A stretch of 64,000 nt of DNA from Azolla caroliniana. Taxonomy: Eukaryota; Plantae; Polypodiophyta. The first letter of the stretch is position 1; every line of letters starts with the position of its first letter. A program made the position numbers and the translations under genes. The notes beneath the pieces are model-generated. The model saw nothing but the letters and a program-made list of their open reading frames with translations, was not told the origin of the DNA and did not search any database. Location of the stretch: positions 9,672,001 through 9,736,000 of the forward strand of contig JBHGNT010000018.1 in the NCBI GenBank assembly GCA_043228905.1, given 5' to 3'. Of the stretch, positions 26,301-37,166 are shown piece by piece.

Positions 26301-28637
26301 TACCGGAACCGGCCCCGATCCCGAAATGGATTCGGATGAAGAAGAAACGGAAGAACCGGTTACCGAAGCTCCGGAACGGAGATATCCTCTAAGAGAGAGA
26401 AGGGCCCCCCGGAGATTTCCGGAACCAGAGCACCTGTTGCTAACCGACGAGGGGGAGCCGGAGAGCTTTGAAGAAGCAAAACATGACACCCAGAGCCGCA
26501 GGTGGTTGAGTGCCATGCAGGACGAGATGGATTCCCTGCATGAGAACCACACATATGAACTTGTGGAGCTGCCGAAAGGAAAGCGGGCACTTCGAAACAA
26601 GTGGGTGTTCAAGCTGAAACCGGGAGATGCCGGAAACCCCCCGAGATACAAAGCCAGGATCGTGGTGAAGGGGTTCCAGCAGAAGAAGGGCGTCGACTTC
26701 GACGAGATATTTGCCCCGGTAGTGAAGATGACCTCCATCCGGACGGTGCTGAGCATAGCGGCAAGCATGGACCTCGAGGTAGAACAGATGGACGTGAAGA
26801 CGACATTCCTTCACGGTGACCTCGAAGAAGAGATCTATATGCAGCAACCGGAAGGATTCGAGAAGAAAGGGAAGGAGCACCTGGTATGCCGGTTGAAGAA
26901 GAGCCTTTACGGACTGAAGCAGGCTCCCCGGCAATGGTACCGGAAGTTCGACTCCTTCATGACCGACGAAGGGTACCTCAAAACGCAGTCCGACCACTGC
27001 GTGTTTGTGAAGAAGTTCGAAGGAGGAGACTTTCTAATACTCCTCCTGTACGTGGACGACATGTTGATCGTCGGACGGGACCAGGTCAAGATACGGATGC
27101 TGAAGAAGGCTCTTCACCGAACCTTCTCAATGAAGGACCTGGGTCCGGCGAGACAAATACTAGGGATGCACATCATCCGGGACCGGAGCAAGAAGCAGTT
27201 GTGGCTGTCACAGGAAAAGTAGACAAAGGTGCTTAAACGGTTCAACTTGTCGGAAGCAAAACCGGTCGGATCGACCCTCTCGGCAAACTGCAAGCTGTCC
27301 AACAAGCAAAGTCCCAAGACAAAGGCTGAAAAGGAGGATATGATGAAAGTGCCGTATGCCTCAGCCGTCGGGAGCTTGATGTACGCCATGGTGTGTACGA
27401 GACCGGACATAGGATATGCAGTCGGAGTGGTGAGCCGGTACATGAGCAATCCCGGCAAAGAGCATTGGAACGCGGCCAAGTGGATACTCCGATACCTGAA
27501 GGGCACGGCAAACGTGTGCCTCCGATTCGGCTCCGGTAAGCCCGAACTCGACGGCTTCACCGATTCGGATATGTCGGCTGATGCAGATACCAGCCGGTCC
27601 ACATCAGGGTATGTGATGACGTATGCAGGGGGAGCTATTTCATGGCAGTCGAGGCTGCAGAAGACGGTTGCGTTGTCAACCACGGAGGCGGAGTACATGG
27701 CGGCTGTTGAAGCCGGCAAGGAAATAATATGGATGAAGGACTTCATTAGAGAGCTCGGTATCCGACAGGAGGAGTACCGACTCTACTGCGACAGTCAGAG
27801 TGCAATCCACCTTGCGAAGAACGCGGCCTATCACTCCCGGACGAAGCACATCCAGCGAAGATATCACTGGATCCGGGAAAGGATAGAAGACAAGGAGTTC
27901 GTGCTGACGAAGGTCCACACGGACGAGAACGGGTCGGATATGCTGACCAAGGTGCTCACACCCGACAAGCTGGAAGCATGCCGGAAGAGGATCGGATTGG
28001 AGAGACATCCCATGCCGAAGTGAAGGGGGAGTTTGTTGGGATTACTGTCCCTTTCGGATGGGATGGTCGGATATCGGAGATGAATGCCGACAATCCCGGT
28101 TTCGGTTTCGGAACCGGATGATGAAGACCCCGGCTTCGGAGCCGGATGACGAATGTACCCGGAGCGAGATCCGGATGCGGGGACATATCTGTGAATATGT
28201 TTGCCAAGGGCCCTTGAGGCTATAGTTGTAAATAGCCCCAAAGTCATTTGTGTATAAATATGACTTAGGGTAAACAGTTTTATTGTGGCTTATCATTTTT
28301 CTGTTTTTCCACTCAAGAGGAGTGAAGAGAGAGCAGCCGCGAGAGAGATAGAGCGTGAGAGAGGAAGAGGTTGACGCCTCTGTGTATTTCCGCCGCCTGT
28401 GGCGAAGACAGCGAGCTCAAGGTCGTCACCTTGCAGCTCGCCATTGTATATTTCTCTGTGCATAGTTTTGGTTCGGAGTCTTGTACTCCCGTGGTTTTTC
28501 CCGTACAGGGTTTTCCACGTTAAATCGTGTGTCCACTCTATTTCTCGCATTTCCCATTTTCTGCAACAACGATTCGTGTGTTTCCTTGGTTGTGGCCGAG
28601 AGGTGAAGTTTGGAAAGTGTCGATTGATTTTCCATCA
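23319..28637 (+). mobile_element. Young full-length Ty1/Copia (family G) inserted in the LTR of D; LTRs 23319-23922 and 28034-28637
   Basis: Two 604-bp LTRs with about 5 differences by eye; GGAAC TSD; PBS TGGTATCAGAGC 23926-23937; PPT GAAGGGGGAG. Confidence 0.97.
23953..28023 (+). CDS. Copia Gag-Pol polyprotein with a single in-frame TAG at 27220-27222
   Basis: CFHCGKPGHFRKNC, VDSGAS, HTD..DNGGE..E integrase, YVDD, TDSD; ORFs 23812-27222 and 27229-28023 share a frame. Confidence 0.93.
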
Positions 28638-28719
28638 GGAACACATGCACACCCAACATGAAGGCATGCACTTGCATCCAAGGGACACCACATTTCCCCC
28701 TTGAGAGAAACAAGGAGTT

Positions 28720-29998
28720 TTACGACATGGGGAAAGGACGAGCACTAGAAGATGGGCTTGGGGTAGCATAGGGCTTGATGCAGGCAAAATGGTCGGAGGT
28801 GAATCGACCATTGGAATTATGTCGAAGCAAGTAAATCGTGGATTTGATTGCACGAACCATGGTGAATGGGTCGATCCATCGGTGCATGAGTGATTCATTG
28901 AGACCGTGCCGCCCAACCAGGAAGTAAACAAGAACTTTGGTTCCATCATCATAAGTCGGGGTAATTTGACCCACGTCGTAGTGTTGCTTGTTGTTGTGCG
29001 ACTTGTAGGTTTCAAGAGCGTTCTTGTCGAAGGAGAGGTAGCAGTTGTTGGAGATAGAGCCCCCAAGTGGCACCATCCATGTTGGTAGGTTTGGAATGGA
29101 CGTCAATGGACGATTCTGGTGGGAGCCAAGGGTCACGCCCATAGAGTGCTCAAAAAGGACTGATCCGTGTTGACGCCTAAACAGATGTATTGTAGGCGTG
29201 CGTGACGAAAGGCAAGATTTGATCCCAGGTTTTGTGGCATGGATCGAAGTAAGCGGCAATCTCCTGCTTGAGGGTCTTGCTGAGGCATTCGGTGAGGTCG
29301 TTTGTTTGCGGATGGTAAAGGGATGTAAACACCTGTTGGACACCTAGTTGAGTTGCAACCGCGTTGAGGACGTTCCCATGGAATTGGTGGCCCTGATCAG
29401 ATAAGAGTTGGACAGGGCAACCATGCTGAAAAATTACCTTGTGCAAAAGTTGGGATGCGATTGTTGGCACAGTGACATCAGGGATGGCAACAGTTTCAGC
29501 CCATCTAGTGAGGTATTCTGTTATGATCAGGATATACTTGTTGCCACTGGGGGTTTCAGGAAAAGGTTCCATGAAATCCCATCCGACGACCTCGAAAGGC
29601 GATGTGACGGTGATGGGTTGGAGCATTCCGGCAGGCTTGCTCGCGGGTTTGATGTGTTGACACAAAGCACATTGGTTGATGTAGGTAGAGACAGAGTGTC
29701 GTATGTTGGGCCAATAATACTTGAGACGTAATTATTCAACAACCTTGTGGAAACCCAGATGACCCGACAATGGGTGATCGTGATAAAATTGGAGATACGT
29801 CTATTGTAGGGCATCAGGGATGTAGAGATGTGGCTCATGATGCGCCTGAATGAAGAACACCAAGTTATCGCAGAGCACGAATCGTCGTTGTGAGGGAAAT
29901 GCTTGGAGGGGGCACAACTGATGCGTTATCTCTTGGATGGCGGGGTCGTGTTGTTGAAGTGTAGCAATTTGTGGTAGTGGTAATGGAAGGTCAGACGT
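28720..29998 (-). pseudogene. Integrase remnant of Gypsy D
   Basis: PFEVVGWDF, LLSDQG, YHPQTN motifs; broken frames. Confidence 0.88.
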
Positions 29999-30514
29999 TG
30001 TCGTGAAGATTTTCGGCAATAGTGTGAAAATCCCATAAAACGTACAAAATCGAGTATGAATCATGTAATACAATAATTGTGAAGATAACATTTTTAAAAT
30101 CTAAGTACAAAATGATGGAGGTTTCGAATGCACCTTATTACACGAGAAATGGACAACTAAATGTCAAGATATGAGGGTATAAAGCTTGTGAAAAGAAAAG
30201 AGAAAATTGTGAGATATCCCACATAGGCACGACAAATACGGCTCTCATCATATATAAGGTGGAGCAAAAGATATTATCTTTGTGTCTATGTGTGGAGCAT
30301 AGAGAGTTCAAGGTAACTTGAACTTAGAGTGGAGGTGGCTAGCTACTCGAAAAGGGTTTTCGCCAACCAAAACCGGACCGGCGATGGAGCCGGTGATCCG
30401 ACCGCAATCCGGATGCCGCATGCGGCACCGGTATCCGGCGTCGGCATCCGGCGATGGTATCCGGCGAACCGACGATTAGATAAAATAAATATATAAAAAT
30501 ATATACATATACAA

Positions 30515-30590
30515 GGAGGGCAAGTATGGATTCGAACCTTGCACCTCCAAGTTAGGAGTCAAATGGCTTACCATTAAGCCATAGTATTTA
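30515..30590 (-). promoter_or_regulatory. tRNA-like Pol III cassette in LTR A (second copy ~37771-37846)
   Basis: Minus strand: box A TGGCTTAATGG (30581-30571), box B GGTTCGAATCC (30538-30528), T5 at 30499-30495. Confidence 0.65.
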
Positions 30591-31043
30591 GTTGAAATTA
30601 TATTTCTATCATTGTACTTTTACATGTAAATTCTCATCCATGAGTGCTAAAATGAGTGACATGGTTAGCATGCACCACATGTAATACTTAAGCGCCAAAT
30701 GGCAAACATGCAATTTATGCATGTCTTGTACCCTCACATGCATCATATGCATGAGAGCATCTATAAAAGAGGGAAGGGGGAGGAGAAAAACACGGTTTTT
30801 TTTGTATGAAAATTAAGAGGAAGAAATTCGTTAACAAATCAATTGTGTATCTCAACTTCTCTCTTTCCCAATCTATCTTAAGTACTTTCTCGCCAAAGCT
30901 TGTATCGACTCTAAATCCTTCCGGTCCAGAACCCCGGCGGTTCCGCCTCACGATCCGCGCGTAGTGACGGATCTTCACGACATAATAAAGTGGTGAACCC
31001 GACGTGAAAGAGGCGGTAGGAAGGATCAAGTCGAGATTAATAC

Positions 31044-33248
31044 ATGGAGATGGCGTCCTCAAGCAACCAAGCAGGAGAGCTCGAAAGGATGATGCTAATC
31101 GTCGAGCAAATGATGAGATCTCGGGACAACGACGCGAGCGTGGAGAAGGCTATCGATCGTGTCGTAGAGCTCGAGGGCCAATTTGATGGAAGGAACGTTA
31201 CGAAGTTCCTTGATGCACATAAGAGGGAGATGAATCAAAGGGACGTGTCCGAGGCACGTCAAATCGCAAGCTTCAAGAGAGTTGTCGCCAACAACATCCA
31301 AAGACGCGTCATCGAGCTTCAAGAAGGAAAGACAACATGGTCCGAGTTCGAGAAAAGGATACTAGCGGAGTTCGTGACTGAAGACTCAACGAGGATGACT
31401 CGACATGCCCTGATGAAGTGGATAGAGAAGAAGAATAAGAAGATGAGCGTCTCGAGGGTGTACGACGAATTCGACCAGATGTTTAGTCGTCTCCCCATTA
31501 CGGACCAAGTGTTGCTTGAAGAGGACAAGACTTTGTACTTCTTGAAGGCCGTGGACATAAAGGATAGACGGGAGTTGGGGACTCTTCTCGAAGATGATAC
31601 CCAAGCAAATGGGCCCGTAGCGGACTGGATCGCGGTGAAGCGGGCATGCAATAGGCTCGACAAGCGTCGCCAATGGGTTGATGACACCAACTTGACGGGA
31701 CCGACTACCACGGAGAAAGCAAGACCGCCGAAAGTAGCTGAGCCGCTGAGACAAAGTAACGTGGAAGAAAAGAAGATTAATGACGACATCATTGAAGAGC
31801 TAGCGAAGAAGTTCGAGAAGGTCACTCTAGCCAACATGAATCGTCGGGGCCCTAAAGGAAAAGAACCCTTTAGATGCGTGTGGTGCGATAGCATGGACCA
31901 CATGAGAAGGGATTGTGCGAGCCTTCGAGAGGCAATTCGACAAAATATCGTATACATAGAGGACAACATGATCTGCTCAAGTGAGACTAGAAGACCCCTA
32001 CGGGTGAATTTCGGAAGAGGAGGAATGAAGAGATCTATCGAGGATGCCGATGCGACTCATGTGGATGCGATGCACTATGCTGCGTCGGCCGGAATAAGAG
32101 TCGGGAAAGACAAGACTGAAGCTGCTAGAGCGGGAGCAAAGTTTTGGACTTCCGTTCTCGAATATGAGAAGAAGGGAAAAGTCACATCGAACGAGGTAGA
32201 GCTTGCGGACAGAAACGTGCAAAGCATAACCGGGTGGTCGGATCCGGTGGACGACAACACCATACTCGCAGAGGTGATGTGCGACAACCACGAGGTGTTC
32301 GTCGAAGAAAAGAGAAAGAGAATAGAAGAGCAAGGCCCATCAAAAAGACATGAAACAAGGAACGCGAAAAAGAAGGACGATGCGGAGACGAGTCGACCTT
32401 TACAAACGGAGGAACGAGAATCAAGCCGAAAAGGGGAGCTGAGCATACGAGTTGAAGAAACGGTTCGGCCCGTGAAGGTTGGTGTCGAAGACCCCGCTCG
32501 GAGGACAACGACCATACCTACCTATAAGCTAAGGTCGGACATAGAGCAGACGACGGACCTAAAGAAGATTCTCGAAGAACGAGTTCCTGATAGCCACGTA
32601 ACTTTGTCCTTGAGGGAATTGCTTGGCATTACGAAGAAGGAGTTCCATGACACGATTGTGGACCTTGTAAAGAGAAAGAGACAACAATCGGACGAGGAAG
32701 AAGAGAAGCCGCAGAAAGCAAAAACGAATGCCATAACGATGGCAAGAGACGAAATCGATGAAGATATGGTGGATAGCCACTACACTCGACCTCATTGGGC
32801 ACGAGCAACAACGGAGACGCCGGTAAAGATCGGGGAGAAGAAAGAGACCGTCGTAGCCTTGATCGACCACGGCTCGGAGATCAACCTCATGTCAACCGAC
32901 TTCTACAAAAAGGGAAGATGGCCAATCAATACAAACCACGGATGGAAGATTCGCGCGGCAACAAAGTCTACGGAGGACTTGTACGGAGCTTGTCCCAATG
33001 TCAAAGTCACGATCAGGGACGTGGAGATGGATCAACACTTCTTCGTACAAGAATCGGCGTCGCATCCTGTCATCCTAGGGCAACCTTATATCACATCATC
33101 TCGGATGGAGACCAAAGTGTTCGATAATGGAGCAGCCTTCGCACGAATAAAGGGTCTTGAAAACCAAAGATCGGTCCAATTCCTAACAGTGCGAGCCAAT
33201 CATGAAAGGAATCGAGATAGTCTCGGAGGCGAATCCTCGGATTTTTAG
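31044..33248 (+). CDS. Gag-protease polyprotein of element A (734 aa, intact)
   Basis: CVWCDSMDHMRRDC knuckle; ALIDHGSEINLM aspartic-protease-like motif; VILGQP. Confidence 0.92.
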   Translation: MEMASSSNQAGELERMMLIVEQMMRSRDNDASVEKAIDRVVELEGQFDGRNVTKFLDAHKREMNQRDVSEARQIASFKRVVANNIQRRVIELQEGKTTWSEFEKRILAEFVTEDSTRMTRHALMKWIEKKNKKMSVSRVYDEFDQMFSRLPITDQVLLEEDKTLYFLKAVDIKDRRELGTLLEDDTQANGPVADWIAVKRACNRLDKRRQWVDDTNLTGPTTTEKARPPKVAEPLRQSNVEEKKINDDIIEELAKKFEKVTLANMNRRGPKGKEPFRCVWCDSMDHMRRDCASLREAIRQNIVYIEDNMICSSETRRPLRVNFGRGGMKRSIEDADATHVDAMHYAASAGIRVGKDKTEAARAGAKFWTSVLEYEKKGKVTSNEVELADRNVQSITGWSDPVDDNTILAEVMCDNHEVFVEEKRKRIEEQGPSKRHETRNAKKKDDAETSRPLQTEERESSRKGELSIRVEETVRPVKVGVEDPARRTTTIPTYKLRSDIEQTTDLKKILEERVPDSHVTLSLRELLGITKKEFHDTIVDLVKRKRQQSDEEEEKPQKAKTNAITMARDEIDEDMVDSHYTRPHWARATTETPVKIGEKKETVVALIDHGSEINLMSTDFYKKGRWPINTNHGWKIRAATKSTEDLYGACPNVKVTIRDVEMDQHFFVQESASHPVILGQPYITSSRMETKVFDNGAAFARIKGLENQRSVQFLTVRANHERNRDSLGGESSDF

Positions 33249-33301
33249 AGCGGACTATTGAAGCATGGGGCACAAATAGTCCGAGCAATCACAAGACCCC
33301 A
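33239..33301 (+). promoter_or_regulatory. Putative -1 programmed ribosomal frameshift signal
   Basis: G GAT TTT heptamer directly before TAG; 5-nt spacer; CGGACTATT/AATAGTCCG stem; loop TGGGG complementary to downstream CCCCA; -1 frame open. Confidence 0.72.
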
Positions 33302-36300
33302 CAAGAAAGAAGAGCGCGTGGATTGCAAGGAGAAGCAATATGTGTCACACCTAGTGGCGCATGTAAACTAGTACTACCCGACAAGAAGCACAAGCACCAG
33401 ATACAAGAATTCGAGAAGATGTTGAAAGAAGAGAACATAATAGAAGAAGGGGAGTTCGTGACTCATATTATGGAAGAAGCCTCATTTAACGACACCATCG
33501 GCGAAATCGAGGACGTTGTGGACTTGAGCTATCTTCACAACCAATGCGTGATTTCGGTTAACTCTGTCAACATGTACGCTATCATCGATGAATACCGTCG
33601 TGGCATCTCGGTGAAGGAAGCTGACATCAACACGAAATATAAAACGGTGGATAAGAAGATCAAGCCAGTTGCGGTTCCGCTACCGGAAGATAGCTGGCAA
33701 AAGATGAAGGAAGTCGCTAACGATCCAAGCTTAAGAGATCCGAAGAAGATAGGTCATGACTTCACCAAAGAGACGAAGGGGAAGCTACGAGTTGGAAAGG
33801 AGGATTTCACCCGACAAGAAGCACAAGCACCGGATACAAGAATTCGAGAAGATGTTGAAAGAAGAGAACATAATAGAAGAAGGGGAGTTCGTGACTCATA
33901 TTATGGAAGAAGCCTCATTTAACGACACCATCGGCGAAATCGAGGACGTTGTGGACTTGAGCTATCTTCACAACCAATGCGTGATTTCGGTTAACTCTGT
34001 CAACATGTACGCTATCATCGATGAATACCGTCGTGGCATCTCGGTGAAGGAAGCTGACATCAACACGAAATATAAAACGGTGGATAAGAAGATCAAGCCA
34101 GTTGCGGTTCCGCTACCGGAAGATAGCTGGCAAAAGATGAAGGAAGTCGCTAACGATCCAAGCTTAAGAGATCCGAAGAAGATAGGTCATGACTTCACCA
34201 AAGAGACGAAGGGGAAGCTACGAGTTGGAAAGGAGGATTTCCTTCTCCCTGAAGAGGAGCGAATGTTTCGCGATATGCTTGAGAGACATGGGAAGGCTTC
34301 CGCATTCTTCCCACGAGAAATCGGATGCGCCGACCCAAAGGTTATAGAGCCAATGGTGATCTTCATGGTGCCTCATGTGCCTTGGAATTTGAAACCAATA
34401 CCGGTTCCGAGAGCACACCTTCCGAAGCTGATCGAGCTCTTAAAGGAGAAGATGAGTATGGGAATTCTAGAACCGTCGAATGCTCCTTATTCCAATAGGT
34501 GGTTCACGGTGCCGAAGAAGAATGGATCATTGCGATTCATCCAAGATCTTCAACCCGTCAACAAGGTGACAATTCGAAATGCCGGAATCGGTCCGAGCAT
34601 GGACGAATTTGCCGAAGCATTTGCGGGCCGGTCCATCTACTCCATTGGCGATCTCTACTCCGGATATGACCAATTCCAATTGGCGATCGACAGTCGGGAC
34701 ATTACAACCATGAGGACTCCGATCGGGCTTGTGCAGATGTGTACCTTACCCCAAGGCGCAACGAACTCGGTGGCTCATATGGTGAATGCCATGAATAAAG
34801 TCTTGAAGGATTGCATTCCGGACATCACGATGCCATTCTTGGATGATATTCCGATAAAAGGATGTTCGGATGAGGAGAAAGATGAATCAAAAGATAAGGA
34901 AGGTTGTAGAAAGTTCGTTGCGGATCATATGAAAGATTGCGAGAAGGTGCTTCAAAGGCTCGAAGACGCGAATTTGACATTTTCGGGAGAAAAATCCGCA
35001 TTCAGGCAACCGGAGATCTTGGTGGTAGGTCACTTGTGTGGAGCATACGGCCGGAAGCCCTCGCCATCCAAAGTGAACGCAATCCAAGACATGAAAGAAG
35101 AATGCGAAAACCAAACGGAGGTTCGAAGGTTCCTTGGAGCGTGCGCGTTTTATCATATATGGATTCCTCACTACGCTCATGTCGCCGAACCGTTATATGA
35201 ACTACTAAAGAAAAGAATAAAGTTCGAATGGCGAGACGAGCACACAGAGGCGATGCGAAGATTAAAGAAACTGCTTCTTGAAGCTCCGGCACTAAGGAAG
35301 GCCGACTATGCCGAAGGGAAGCCAATTTACGTGACCGTAGATATGAGCCCAACCGGAATCGGGTGGGTCATCAATCAAGAAGGTGAAGATAATGTGCAAT
35401 ATGCCGTCCGGTTCGGAGCAAAGGTTCTCAGCGAACTGCAACAAAGATATGCCCAAGTCAAGCGGGAACTTTGGGGTATTGTGTCGGCAGTGAAGACGGA
35501 CAAAGATTACCTGATCGGGTCAGAAGTGATAATAGAGACAGATTGTCTCCCAATTCTCGGAATGGTCTCGGGATGTGCGACCCCAGATCTTGCTATGTTA
35601 AGGTGGATCGCCTACATCAAGTCTTTAAACCCAGAAATCCGTCACATCGCAGGGAAGAAGAACGCCATGGCTGACATGCTATCGAGGGCAAGATTTTCAA
35701 ACGGAAGTAACATGGTTTCGGAAGATGAAGATGTCGCCCTCGACTTCTTCAAGATGGCTCGATTGTCGGCGGAAGACCAGGACACGCAAACCCTCCACGC
35801 CTTCAACGAGAACGAGTACGAAGGAGAATGGTTACTCATCGGTAGATTCCTAAGAACATTGACGACAGATGCTTCGTTGACAAAGGAGGAGGCCCTACGA
35901 ATCCGAAAGAAAGCTTACCAATACTTCTTGAAGGGAGGATTCCTTTGGCGACATCCAAAAAGAAGGACAGGAATACCACGTCGAGTGGTGGTAAAGAAAG
36001 AAGAGCAAGAGACGCTGATGACCGAATTCCACGAGAGTGCTTGGGCAGGTCATAGAGGAACATGGGCGACGTTCGAAAAGTTGAAGGAGAAGTACTGGTG
36101 GCCAAGCATGTACAAAGATGTACTCCATTTCGTGTCCACATGCGAAACTTGCCAAGTATATTCAAATATACGTCATCGTGATGAGTTAAAGCCGACATAC
36201 CCACTCACCATTCACTTCAAATGGATGGTGGATCTGGTCTCGATGCCAATGGGAGTGGGACAAATGAAGTACTTAGCGCTCGCAAGGGAAGACTTGACAA

Positions 36301-37166
36301 ATCAAGTGGAAGGACGAGCCTTGACAAATAAGACGACTTCAGCCGTTTGTAAATTTTTACTTGAAGATGTTGTTTGCCGATATGGATGTGTAGGGAAGAT
36401 AGTGGCCGACCGAGGGGAGTTGGACGCGCATGAAGCGACGGAGCTCTTCAAAAGACTAGGCGTGAAGCTCTCCCTCACAACTGCCTACAATCCGGAAGCA
36501 AATGGGAAGATCGAGCGAGGGCATGGACCTATCGTTAAAGCCATCGTACGGGCATGCAACGGTCGAGTCGGGAATTGGCCACGACTATTACCCTATGCCT
36601 TGTGGGCCAATAGAACGACACATAGCTCGGTGACAGGGTATATGCCGACGGAGCTTATGTATGGACAAAAGCCGATTATGCCCATCGAAAGGACGATCGC
36701 CTCATGGGTAGCGATACCGTGGGAGAACGAGATGAGCCGAGAAGAGTTATTAGCGGCGCGGATAAGGCAACTTGAAAGAAGACCTGAAGATTTAGAAAAA
36801 GCGCGAAAGATGATGAAGGCAGCCCGAATAAAGAACAAAGTTCGGTTCGAGAACACGCATCGACTTCGTCCCAAGAAGATTGAAGAAGGGGATTGGGTTT
36901 TGGTCTACGACAGCACCCTTGACAATCAACATAGTACAACAAGGAAGTTCGCAAGAAGATGGTTCGGGCCGTATGTGGTGACAAGTGCCAACGATAATGC
37001 CACATACCACCTTGCGGAACTAGACGGATCAAGGTTGGCCGTACCCATTGCGGGAAAAAGAGTAAAGCTTTTCAAGAAAAGACAAGACAAGGATCCTGAC
37101 CTCGATTACCTCGACGATGAACATAATAGGCCGGATGAAAATGAAGACATGGAGGAATCTAATTGA
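33242..37166 (+). CDS. Pol (RT-RNase H-integrase) of element A, frame broken by a 433-bp duplication; main ORF 33756-37166
   Basis: DLYSGY, LPQGATNS, FLDD; RNase H VDMSPTGIG..ETDC..ADMLSR; HESAWAGH..CETC, WMVD, ADRGE, NGKIER; GPY. Confidence 0.92.
33376..34241 (+). repeat. 433-bp direct tandem duplication in pol
   Basis: 33376-33808 equals 33809-34241 with one visible mismatch. Confidence 0.95.

Noticed and set aside
27220-27222. Programmed stop-codon readthrough in Copia G
   Set aside because: The stop lies within the RT region and is explained by a 3-bp deletion relative to the homologous element
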